A stretch of 31,111 bases of DNA from IMG/VR virus record IMGVR_UViG_2563366800_000008. One strand, given 5' to 3'. The first letter of the stretch is position 1; each line of letters begins with the position of its first letter. Below, piece after piece: positions 17,121 to 25,671 of this stretch. The notes beneath the pieces were generated by a model. It saw only the letters and a program-made list of their open reading frames with translations. It had not been told where the DNA came from and did no database searches. The position numbers and the translations under genes are program-made. The stretch is from a virus (lineage: Duplodnaviria > Heunggongvirae > Uroviricota > Caudoviricetes).

Positions 17121-18077
17121 ATGAACCCGAACAATACGGAACTGCTGGCGCTCTGCTTTCAGCTTCCTGACCTTACCGATGATGCATTGCCGGAATGGCT
17201 GCCGATGATACCGGCGGGAACCTTTACAGGGCGTGATGGCCGTTCGTGGGTGAACAACAATCCGGAAGCCATCATTCGTGCCTCGATGGCTTATCCAAAG
17301 CTCCCGTTTGATATCGAGCACTCTACCGAACTGAAAGGCCCGAAAGGCGATGAAGCCCCGGCTTATGGCTGGATTGACGGCTATCGCGTCAGTGATGGCG
17401 TGGTGGAGGCGCACGTTGAATGGACTGATGACGGCATGGCGCAGCTGCGCGGCAAGAAGTACCTCTATTACAGTCCGGCCTTTCGGTTCACTGCGGACGG
17501 TCAGGTCACCCGCCTGTCCAGCGCCGCGCTGACCAACAAACCCAACCTTGATTTACCCGCACTCAACTCTGAGGAAAACACGATGACCGTACCTGTCCAG
17601 ATTGTGACAGTGCTTGGCCTCGCGGCCACTGCCACAGCAGACGACGCAGTAAAAGCCATTCAGCAGATTAAGACCGCCGAGCAGGTGGCGCTTAACCGCG
17701 CTGAGAATCCTGACCTGACGAAGTTCATTCCGGTAGAGACCCACCAGTTAGCACTTAACCGTGCGGAAAGCGCTGAAAACAAACTCAATGAGATTGCCAT
17801 CAAAGAATCAGAAGCACTGGTGGACAGCGCCATTGAGTCGGGGAAAGTCGCACCGGCCAACCGAGAAATGTATCTCGCCACCTGCCGCTCTGAAGAGGGC
17901 CGAAAGCGGTTTGCTGAATTCGTGAAAGCGGCACCGGTCATTGTCAGCAAGACCACGACGACCAAAAAAGAAGGCACCGAAGGTCATGCCTCGCTTTCTG
18001 ACGAAGACCTCGCGATGTGCCGCCATATGGGCATCAGCGAAGAAGAATTCCTTTCCGTTCGTAAGCAGGAGAAATAA
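17121..18077 (+). CDS. Head maturation protease / scaffold (Mu I family)
   Basis: 318-aa ORF directly upstream of the major head gene; N-terminal protease-like region and Ala/Glu-rich helical C-terminal region as in Mu gpI. Confidence 0.8.
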   Translation: MNPNNTELLALCFQLPDLTDDALPEWLPMIPAGTFTGRDGRSWVNNNPEAIIRASMAYPKLPFDIEHSTELKGPKGDEAPAYGWIDGYRVSDGVVEAHVEWTDDGMAQLRGKKYLYYSPAFRFTADGQVTRLSSAALTNKPNLDLPALNSEENTMTVPVQIVTVLGLAATATADDAVKAIQQIKTAEQVALNRAENPDLTKFIPVETHQLALNRAESAENKLNEIAIKESEALVDSAIESGKVAPANREMYLATCRSEEGRKRFAEFVKAAPVIVSKTTTTKKEGTEGHASLSDEDLAMCRHMGISEEEFLSVRKQEK

Positions 18078-18080
18078 TTC

Positions 18081-18974
18081 ATGCAGGTATCCGCAGAAGT
18101 GTTGCATGCCCTGACCACCGCACTGAGCGCCGCCTTTACCAAAGGTGTTGGTCGGGTCAATCCGCAGTATCGATCCATCGCCACGGTCATCCCCAGTTCC
18201 GGCGCGTCTAACACTTATGGCTGGGTTGAAGACTTCCCGACCATCAAAGAATGGATCGGGGCGCGTCAGCTGAAAGAACTGGCTCAGGCCGGGTATGTCA
18301 TTACCAACAAGACCTGGGAAAACTCGGTCAAGGTCAAGCGCGAAAAAATCGAGGACGATCAGATTGGTCAGTATTCCGTGATTGCTGAGCAGCTTGGCCG
18401 CGATACCACGATTTTCCCGGACAAGCTGTCGTTTGAGTTGCTGTGCAAAGGCTTCGATACGCTGTGCTGGGACGGTCAGTATTTCTTCGATACTGATCAC
18501 CCTGTTGGTACATCCACCAAATCGAACGTTGTGGGCGACCCGGCGACCGATACGGGTGAGCCGTGGTTCCTGATTGATGCAACGCATGCGCTGCTGCCCA
18601 TCATTTACCAGGAGCGCCGTCCGTTTAACTTCATCGCCCTTGATGATCTCACCAGTGAGCGTGTGTTCCTTCAGAACGAATTCGCCTACGGGACCGATGG
18701 CCGCAGCAACGTTGGCTTTGGTTTCTGGCAGACCTGTGTGGGGTCAAAAGCAGCACTGAACAAAGCGAACTATGAAGCCGCTGTCTCCGCAATGATGGGT
18801 ATCACGGACTCTAACGGCGAACCTCTGGGCATGAATCCGACATTGCTGGTCGTCGGTAAGAACAACCGTGGTGCGGCCAAGGCGCTGATTGAAGCGGTTA
18901 CGGCTGATGGTGGTGGTTCAAACATCTATTACAAGGATGTTGACCTGCTGGTCTCACCTTACGTCAAAGCATGA
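18081..18974 (+). CDS. Major head subunit (Mu T family)
   Basis: 297-aa ORF after the protease/scaffold; size and position match Mu gpT. Confidence 0.85.
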   Translation: MQVSAEVLHALTTALSAAFTKGVGRVNPQYRSIATVIPSSGASNTYGWVEDFPTIKEWIGARQLKELAQAGYVITNKTWENSVKVKREKIEDDQIGQYSVIAEQLGRDTTIFPDKLSFELLCKGFDTLCWDGQYFFDTDHPVGTSTKSNVVGDPATDTGEPWFLIDATHALLPIIYQERRPFNFIALDDLTSERVFLQNEFAYGTDGRSNVGFGFWQTCVGSKAALNKANYEAAVSAMMGITDSNGEPLGMNPTLLVVGKNNRGAAKALIEAVTADGGGSNIYYKDVDLLVSPYVKA

Positions 18975-19008
18975 CGTCATTACGTAAAAAATCACGTAAT
19001 GCCGGATT

Positions 19009-19029
19009 AAGGAGGGGTTAACCCTCCTT
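19009..19029 (+). other. Stem-loop after the major head gene, possible attenuator
   Basis: AAGGAGGG (19009-19016) pairs with CCCTCCTT (19022-19029) around a GTTAA loop; only a short T run follows. Preceded by inverted repeat CATTACGT/ACGTAATG (18978-19001). Confidence 0.4.
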
Positions 19030-19057
19030 TAAACCCAACCTGAATGAGGTTTAAAAA

Positions 19058-19651
19058 GTGAGTGGAAAAGTTAATAAGTCAGCCGCTGGTAAGACCGGAA
19101 CCACTTCGGAAAAGAAAGACGACAAAGCAACGAAGGATACGCCTGTCCCGGCGAAACCGGCACCGGTGGCACCAGTTATTACTGATGACAGTCAGGCATC
19201 ACAACCGGCGGTTGCAGCTTCAGATGTCGCATCTGACCCGGAACCTGTACCCGGTGACAATGGAATAACGGTTATCCCGGCCACAGTCAGTCTTGTCACC
19301 ATACCGGGTGAGAACACGGGTGATGACCTGAGAAAACATCTCTGGCAGGAGACGCTGGCACATGACCATTCAGAGGCTGTTCGCATTGCTGAAAATGTCG
19401 TGGTGCTGGAGGTCCGCGCCATTCCGGAAAACGGTTTTCGCCGGGCTGGCCGATTCTGGCCGCACGATACGGTGCATGTGTTTGTCAGCGATAACCCGGA
19501 TGAACAGATTCTGGAAGATGCCGGTGGTAATCCGCTACAGGGGTGCGTGATCAGTACCGACACAGCCCTGCGTCTGAAGGCTGAAAAGATGCTGATTGTG
19601 ACCGAACTGGCGACCGTTGCCGGGACTGAAGCCGACGTGGAGAGCAAATAA
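19058..19651 (+). CDS. Hypothetical virion-associated protein with Ala/Pro/Thr-rich low-complexity N-terminus
   Basis: 197-aa ORF with GTG start and GAGG 9 nt upstream; lies between the major head gene and the gp36-like gene. Confidence 0.55.
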   Translation: MSGKVNKSAAGKTGTTSEKKDDKATKDTPVPAKPAPVAPVITDDSQASQPAVAASDVASDPEPVPGDNGITVIPATVSLVTIPGENTGDDLRKHLWQETLAHDHSEAVRIAENVVVLEVRAIPENGFRRAGRFWPHDTVHVFVSDNPDEQILEDAGGNPLQGCVISTDTALRLKAEKMLIVTELATVAGTEADVESK

Positions 19652-20091
19652 TGGGCATCTACGTAACGCGTGAGGACCTGCTGGCAACCGATGGTGACCG
19701 CGTCTGGAACATGGCAATCAACAAAGAGACGCAGCAGCTCGACGAAGAAAAGATCCAGCGTGCGATTGATGACACTGATGCAGAAATTAATTCCTTTCTG
19801 GCAAAGCGTTATCAGTTGCCGCTGAACCTTCCGAGCCTGCCGAGTCCGTTGCGCCGGGCGGCGGTTTCCATCGCGTTCTACTGGCTGTCTGAACGGGACC
19901 ATCAGATCACCGATGAAATCCAGAAGCGTTACGACGAAGCCCTCCGCACCCTGCGTGAAATCGCCAACGGCACCCGTGACCTCGGTGTGCCGTCTGACAC
20001 CCCGGTCCCTGAGACCGACACCGGAAAGCTGATCATCGTCAGTGAAAACCGTCGTCTGTTCACCCGTAACAACCTGAAAGGGGTGCTGTGA
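19651..20091 (+). CDS. Mu gp36-like head-tail joining protein
   Basis: 146-aa ORF in the Mu gp36 position; start overlaps the upstream stop. Confidence 0.65.
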   Translation: MGIYVTREDLLATDGDRVWNMAINKETQQLDEEKIQRAIDDTDAEINSFLAKRYQLPLNLPSLPSPLRRAAVSIAFYWLSERDHQITDEIQKRYDEALRTLREIANGTRDLGVPSDTPVPETDTGKLIIVSENRRLFTRNNLKGVL

Positions 20092-20633
20092 TGGGAATTA
20101 CTGTCGAGGTCAGAGGAGACCAGAAGTTTCAGGACATTCGCCGTGCGATTGAGCGACTGGCTGACCAGTCGCTGCAACAGGAGCTACTGGAGAGCATTGG
20201 CGCTGTGGTGGAGTCACAGACCCGCCGGCGCATCTCCAGCGAAAAATCCAGTCCTGCCGGCGAGAAATGGCAGGACTGGTCTGACAGCTACGCGAAAACC
20301 AGACACAGCAACCAGAGCCTGTTACAGGGCAACGGCGATCTGCTCGACAGTATCCAGTATGTGGTCAGCGGCTCTGTCGTTCGTGTGGGTACGCCGCTTG
20401 ATTATGGCCGGACGCACAACGAGGGGTTTTCCGGCTCGGTGTCTGTGTCAGCCCATAAGCGACTCATCTCACAGGCATTTGGACGGGCGCTTAAACACGG
20501 GGTATGGCAAACCGTGGGGGCGCATAAACGTATGTTGAACATCCCGCAGCGTGAGTTCCTCGGCCTGTCCTCCGGGAACAGTCAGGAACTGCTGCACGTC
20601 ATCGGGGATTTCTGGAATGAGGTTCTGCAATGA
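20088..20633 (+). CDS. Phage virion morphogenesis protein (gpG/S-like)
   Basis: 181-aa ORF, translationally coupled (ATGA overlap) to the previous gene. Confidence 0.6.
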   Translation: MMGITVEVRGDQKFQDIRRAIERLADQSLQQELLESIGAVVESQTRRRISSEKSSPAGEKWQDWSDSYAKTRHSNQSLLQGNGDLLDSIQYVVSGSVVRVGTPLDYGRTHNEGFSGSVSVSAHKRLISQAFGRALKHGVWQTVGAHKRMLNIPQREFLGLSSGNSQELLHVIGDFWNEVLQ

Positions 20634-21253
20634 ATGAACGTCCGGCGTTCGTCACCCTGGGCAGTACGGTCAGTGCCGCCGAGAATATTGTTAACTGGCT
20701 GAAAGCTGAACTGGAGGGTGAAAAGCAACCTGACCGGGTTGAAAAGGTGGAGCGTCACATCGGTCAGTTTAACACCCCGGATCAGGTCAAAAGCTATATG
20801 TCCGGGCGCGGCGGCAGTATCCGTATTGCGGCCTTACGGGTCAGGAATATCCAGAACCGTCGCGGCATGACCGGACTTGTGACCTGGGCGGCCTACATCA
20901 TGATGGCTGATTTCTGGGGATACCCGCGCGATGCCCGCTGTGAGGTTATTGCCGGACGCCTTGCCCGTCGTATCAGTTGTCGTGAAGCGGCTGCGGGCAT
21001 GAAGGCTGAGCGTATGGCTGAGAACATCGCCGCTGAAAACCTCTGGTCGGGTGGCCTGGACAATCTCGGGATCACCATGTGGGCCGTTACATGGGAACAG
21101 GAATTCCGTCTTGATGATGAGATAGACCTGTCCACGCTGCCGGAATTCCTGCGACTGGGGGCAACCATTGTGGTGAACGGACAGCCTGTAAGCGATGAGC
21201 CGCAAATCATAAACGTAAGAGAAGGACAGACTGATGACAAAGAAAATGATTAA
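20630..21253 (+). CDS. Mu gp37-like protein
   Basis: 207-aa ORF in conserved position before the tail sheath gene. Confidence 0.6.
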   Translation: MNERPAFVTLGSTVSAAENIVNWLKAELEGEKQPDRVEKVERHIGQFNTPDQVKSYMSGRGGSIRIAALRVRNIQNRRGMTGLVTWAAYIMMADFWGYPRDARCEVIAGRLARRISCREAAAGMKAERMAENIAAENLWSGGLDNLGITMWAVTWEQEFRLDDEIDLSTLPEFLRLGATIVVNGQPVSDEPQIINVREGQTDDKEND

Positions 21254-21422
21254 GCCATCACGGGCGGGCCTGCTCGTTCGTAAGGCTGATGGCAGTCACC
21301 TTGCCGCTGATGGCGAGACGCTGCCGGTCAATGCGTACTGGCTGCGCCGTGAAAAAGAAGGCGATGTGAATATCACTGAGCCACCGAAGTCCCGCACACC
21401 TAAAACCGATAAGGAGGCATGA
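21234..21422 (+). CDS. Small Mu gp38-like protein
   Basis: 62-aa ORF with AGAAGGA upstream; immediately precedes the sheath gene. Confidence 0.5.
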   Translation: MTKKMIKPSRAGLLVRKADGSHLAADGETLPVNAYWLRREKEGDVNITEPPKSRTPKTDKEA

Positions 21423-22900
21423 TGTCCATCGGTAATATTCCTGATGATATTCGTGTCCCGCTGGTCTGGATCGATATCGATAACTCTATGGCGATGAGTG
21501 CCGCGCCGGCACAGTCCCGAAAAATTCTGGTTGTGGGTCAGCAGCTCGCCAGCGCGACTGCTTTACCGTTGACGCTGAACCGTATTACTGGCGACAGCAT
21601 GGCTGATGAACTCTATGGCCGTGGCTCCATGCTGGGTGAAATGGCAAAGATGGTCCGTATGGCCAACAGTTACACCGAGATGTATGCGATGGGACTGGAA
21701 GATATTGCCCAGGGTGCCGCGGCGAGTGCCACAGTCACGATGCTCGGCACCGCCACTCAGGCTGGTACGCTGGCACTGATGATCAATGGCGTATCTGTCC
21801 AGGTCGGGGTCAGCATCGGTGATGAAGCGGCAACCATTGCCGGCAATATCATCGCTGCAATTACCGCAAAGCCTGCCACTCAGGTTACTGCCACAGCAAA
21901 AGCTGAAGCTGCTGCAACGGTAGTGCTGACCGTGAAGTGGAAAGGCGTCACGGGAAATGACAGTGATGTGCGCCTGAACTATTACGCCGGAGAAAAAACA
22001 CCTGCCGGCATCAGTGCAACACTGACCGCATTTTCGGGTGGTACGGGGACGCCGGATATTCAGTCTGTTGTCGCGGCGCTGGGAGATGACTGGTACACGG
22101 ATATCATCTTCCCGTACCTCGATGCCCAGAGCCTGAACACCATTCGTGACGAACTGCTGGAACGCTGGGGGCCGCTCAAGATGATGGAGGCGCTGTTGTG
22201 GTCTGCTTATCGCGGAACACATGCCCAGAGCGGAACATTCGGACATACCCGCAATGACTGGCTGATTTCCTGTATCGGCACCAACATCGCACCTGAACCG
22301 TCATGGATGTGGGCCGCCAGCTACGGTGCAACGGCGGCATACCAGCTTGCCATAGATCCGGCCCGTCCTCTCCAGACTCTGATCCTGACAGGCATCAAGC
22401 CCCCCGCTCGCGGTATCCGCTGGGATATGCCAGAGCGTAACCTGCTGTTGCATGACGGTATCGCCACGCACTTTGTTGATGCCGGAGATAACGTCTGTAT
22501 TGAGCGCGAAATCACCATGTACCGCGTAAACCGCTATGGCGATACGGACATTTCATACCTCGATGTGCAGTCGCCAGCAACGCTTGGCCGTATCCGTTAT
22601 GTCATCAAAAACCGTTTCACCAGTCGCTACCCACGCCACAAGCTGGCGGGTGATGACGTGCTTGATTTGCTCGATGCCGGTCAGCCAGTCATGACGCCAA
22701 AAATCTGTCGGGCTGAGTTACTGGATATTGCGCTGACTGAGCTTATCCCGGCAGGTCTGGTGGAGGATTTCGAAGATTATAAAGACACGCTTGATGTCAC
22801 CATCGACAGCAAAGACCCAAACCGTCTGAACTTTATCTGCCACCCGAATCTGGTGAATCAGTTGCGCGTTCTGGCCGGTCTCATCCAGTTCAAACTTTAA
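21419..22900 (+). CDS. Contractile tail sheath protein (Mu L family)
   Basis: 493-aa ORF followed directly by a small tube-like gene, the sheath/tube pair of myovirus tails. Confidence 0.85.
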   Translation: MMSIGNIPDDIRVPLVWIDIDNSMAMSAAPAQSRKILVVGQQLASATALPLTLNRITGDSMADELYGRGSMLGEMAKMVRMANSYTEMYAMGLEDIAQGAAASATVTMLGTATQAGTLALMINGVSVQVGVSIGDEAATIAGNIIAAITAKPATQVTATAKAEAAATVVLTVKWKGVTGNDSDVRLNYYAGEKTPAGISATLTAFSGGTGTPDIQSVVAALGDDWYTDIIFPYLDAQSLNTIRDELLERWGPLKMMEALLWSAYRGTHAQSGTFGHTRNDWLISCIGTNIAPEPSWMWAASYGATAAYQLAIDPARPLQTLILTGIKPPARGIRWDMPERNLLLHDGIATHFVDAGDNVCIEREITMYRVNRYGDTDISYLDVQSPATLGRIRYVIKNRFTSRYPRHKLAGDDVLDLLDAGQPVMTPKICRAELLDIALTELIPAGLVEDFEDYKDTLDVTIDSKDPNRLNFICHPNLVNQLRVLAGLIQFKL

Positions 22901-22909
22901 GGAACCAGC

Positions 22910-23266
22910 ATGGCAAATATTCTGGGTATGGCGGCGATTCGTATTAATGGCCGTGAAATCAAAACTGAAGGCAAGTCCACCCTGAATCCGGGTGGCTATG
23001 CCCGCCAGCAACACATGGGCGGCGGTAAGGTCTGGGGGAATTCCCGCAAGATGGCTGCCCCCTCCATCAAACTGACCATTGCAGCGGATCGTGACGTTGA
23101 TGTGATTGAAATCAGTAACTGGGAGGACGTGACCGTCATGTTCTACGGTGACAACGGCCTCAACTACATGATGACCGGCGCGGCCACCGATAACCCGGCT
23201 GAACTGGACGAAGACGCGGGGACAGTTTCGGCTAACTTCATCGGCGTCAAGTGTGTGAAGGTGTAA
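22910..23266 (+). CDS. Tail tube protein (Mu M family)
   Basis: 118-aa ORF after the sheath gene, AAGGA upstream. Confidence 0.8.
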   Translation: MANILGMAAIRINGREIKTEGKSTLNPGGYARQQHMGGGKVWGNSRKMAAPSIKLTIAADRDVDVIEISNWEDVTVMFYGDNGLNYMMTGAATDNPAELDEDAGTVSANFIGVKCVKV

Positions 23267-23269
23267 GAC

Positions 23270-23665
23270 ATGGCTGAACTGACATTCCCTCTGGTACACG
23301 GTCTGCGCACCGGCAAAGGTACTACCGACGAAATGCTTCACAAGGATGTGACGCTACGCGAGCTGACATCACGGGATGTTATCGAATCACAACTGGCCTC
23401 CGAGCGCGTTGTGATTGGGGATAACGGCAAGGCGGTTGCCTACTGCTCTGAGGTCATGATGGGTCTGGAGATGATGCGCCGGCAGATTAAGAAGATTGGA
23501 GAAATCCCCGGCCCGCTGGACATGAATCAAATTTATGCCCTGCATCCGGAAGATTTGAAGTTGCTGACAGAAAAGGGTCAGGCGATGGATGACATGCTGG
23601 GGGAGACTGCCGAACGGGGGCGACATGATGCCGATGGCAGCGGCGCTCAATCTACTGCTGATTAA
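23270..23665 (+). CDS. Tail assembly chaperone
   Basis: 131-aa ORF between the tube and tape-measure genes, the conserved chaperone position. Confidence 0.65.
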   Translation: MAELTFPLVHGLRTGKGTTDEMLHKDVTLRELTSRDVIESQLASERVVIGDNGKAVAYCSEVMMGLEMMRRQIKKIGEIPGPLDMNQIYALHPEDLKLLTEKGQAMDDMLGETAERGRHDADGSGAQSTAD

Positions 23666-23774
23666 CCTCTCTCAGCGTTTCGATGTTAACCGGCTTGAGC
23701 AACTGCCCCTACGGCAGTTGCTTATTCAGGTCAGGCAACTGAGGAAGCAATATGACAAACCGCCTAAGCACTGA
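23589..23774 (+). CDS. Possible frameshift extension of the tail assembly chaperone
   Basis: ORF in the +1 frame overlapping the chaperone's last 77 nt and ending just inside the tape-measure gene; G-runs at 23600-23605 and 23615-23620 lie in the overlap. Confidence 0.3.
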   Translation: MTCWGRLPNGGDMMPMAAALNLLLINLSQRFDVNRLEQLPLRQLLIQVRQLRKQYDKPPKH

Positions 23775-25671
23775 AATTCTGATTAACCTTGCCGGGAACC
23801 TGACGGCTAAAGCCCGCCAGTACGGCGCTAACATGAGCGAGTTTGCCAGCCGTAACCAGAAAGCAATGTCTGTTGTTAAGGCCGCGTCTGAATCTGCCGG
23901 ACGTGGTCTGGACATGCTCAGTAATCGCTATACAACGATGATTGCCGGCCTTGCCAGCGGCGCAGCGCTGAGAGAATTTGCTAAAACAGATCGACAATTA
24001 ACCGGGCTGGGTATTGCCGCCGGTAAAACTCGTGATGAGATGCGCAATATCTTTGATGGTATTCAGGATACCGCCATCAAATTCCGGGTGGATGACTCGG
24101 AGGTGTTGGCCGCACTGGAGAATGTCAACAAAACGACCGGTGATCTGGATTTCGGTATTCAGAATAAGGGCATGATAGCCGCCTCTATCGCTGCATCAGG
24201 CTCTCAGGGGGATTCGATTGGCGGACTGTTTTCTCAGTTCCCCAAATTTGGTCTTCAGACTGAAAAGCAGACGCTTGCAGCTATGGACACGTTAAACCTT
24301 CTGGGAAAAGAAGGCGCATTTGAGCTGAAAGACATTGCAGAAAAAGGCGTCAGAGCCTTCTCTATGTACTCCGCTGCTGGCGGGAGTGGCGTTAAGGGAG
24401 TCAAAGACGTAGGCGTTGTACTGGAATCAGCCATTGATGCCACAGGCAACCGTGATACAGCAGCCACGGCGACTGAAAACCTTATTCGTGATCTGCAGTT
24501 GCCAAAGGTTGTTAGCACCCTTCGAAAGAATGGTGTCAACGTTTATGACAAAGATGGGAAGATGCGATCACTTCCAACACTCCTGGAGGAAATCGCTAAA
24601 AAATCAGGGAGTAAAGGTTCTGAGAAACAGAATAAAAGACTCCTGGAAGCCGGTTTTAACCAGGACAGTATTTTACTTATCAGCAGTGCCACCTCTGGTA
24701 AAGGAGCAGAAAACCTCAAGCGATACCAGTCAGTTGTCGGGGACGGCACAGGCATCATGAAAGATGCTGAATATGCGGCGAAAGATTTTACTTCGGCACT
24801 GACCAGCCTGAATGTTACCTGGAAGAAGTTTTCTAACAGCAATCTTGCCGGCCCGGTACAGGACCTGGCTGATGCTATCAATTCAGTTGATCAAAAGACG
24901 GTTCAGAACTGGCTGGAAGTCGGCAAGAAAATAGCCATTGCGACCGCTGGAGTCATTGCGGCACGTAAAGCATTTAAAATTGGTAAAGGTGCATGGGAGT
25001 TTCTCCAGCCAGAAAAAGGCGGAAAAGGCATCCCTAAAGGCGTCTCCGATGTTTTTGGCTCCGGTGTTATGCCCGTTTATGTCGTGAACATGGGCAAAGG
25101 TGGGATGGGGGGGCCGGGTGATTTAATCCCCGATGGACCTGATGGAAAAAATCCCCGTAAACCTAATAGTCCCAGACGTCCTGGCAGCCCACAGGAAATG
25201 GTCGGCCTGACCATGCTGGCGTCAACTATTCCATACCTTTATGAAGAACCATCACTGAGCAGTGATGACAAAGCTGGCATGGTTCAGTGGGCAAAGGATC
25301 GTGCCAAACGCAAAGCAAATGAGAAACCGGTTATTGACCCGCGCCCGTGGGCATCACTGACCCCGGCGACGCCGTTCATTCCTGCGGCTGAAAATCCCCC
25401 GGCAGACAGACCGCGCCCTGAAACGAGTGATCATTCTTTGTTTGGTGTCATCGTTGATTTTCTGCGTGGCACCAACGCCGCAATTGAAAACAAAAACGCG
25501 TTTGATAAGCCTGTTCAGCCACCTGCATTACCCACAACCCTACAGAAAATGCAGGGTGAAATCCGCGTGATCCTTGAGGGTGGCGGTGGCCGTGTTAAAA
25601 GCGTCACCATGAACCAGCCGGATATCAAACTTAGTGCATCTGCTGGCGTGTCCAGCGTGGAGCAAGGCTGA
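23752..25671 (+). CDS. Tail tape measure protein
   Basis: 639-aa ORF after the chaperone; long helical Ala-rich N-terminal region and Gly/Pro-rich C-terminal part. Confidence 0.85.
   Translation: MTNRLSTEILINLAGNLTAKARQYGANMSEFASRNQKAMSVVKAASESAGRGLDMLSNRYTTMIAGLASGAALREFAKTDRQLTGLGIAAGKTRDEMRNIFDGIQDTAIKFRVDDSEVLAALENVNKTTGDLDFGIQNKGMIAASIAASGSQGDSIGGLFSQFPKFGLQTEKQTLAAMDTLNLLGKEGAFELKDIAEKGVRAFSMYSAAGGSGVKGVKDVGVVLESAIDATGNRDTAATATENLIRDLQLPKVVSTLRKNGVNVYDKDGKMRSLPTLLEEIAKKSGSKGSEKQNKRLLEAGFNQDSILLISSATSGKGAENLKRYQSVVGDGTGIMKDAEYAAKDFTSALTSLNVTWKKFSNSNLAGPVQDLADAINSVDQKTVQNWLEVGKKIAIATAGVIAARKAFKIGKGAWEFLQPEKGGKGIPKGVSDVFGSGVMPVYVVNMGKGGMGGPGDLIPDGPDGKNPRKPNSPRRPGSPQEMVGLTMLASTIPYLYEEPSLSSDDKAGMVQWAKDRAKRKANEKPVIDPRPWASLTPATPFIPAAENPPADRPRPETSDHSLFGVIVDFLRGTNAAIENKNAFDKPVQPPALPTTLQKMQGEIRVILEGGGGRVKSVTMNQPDIKLSASAGVSSVEQG

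Noticed and set aside
17808-18587. 259-aa minus-strand ORF
   Set aside because: Antisense to the protease/scaffold and major head genes, which have strong family support; shadow ORF.
19192-19902. 236-aa minus-strand ORF
   Set aside because: Antisense to late genes 19058..20091; low-complexity Ser/Thr/Arg-rich translation.
21563-23341. Minus-strand ORFs 21563..22246 and 22718..23341
   Set aside because: Both antisense to the tail sheath/tube genes; interpreted as shadow ORFs.
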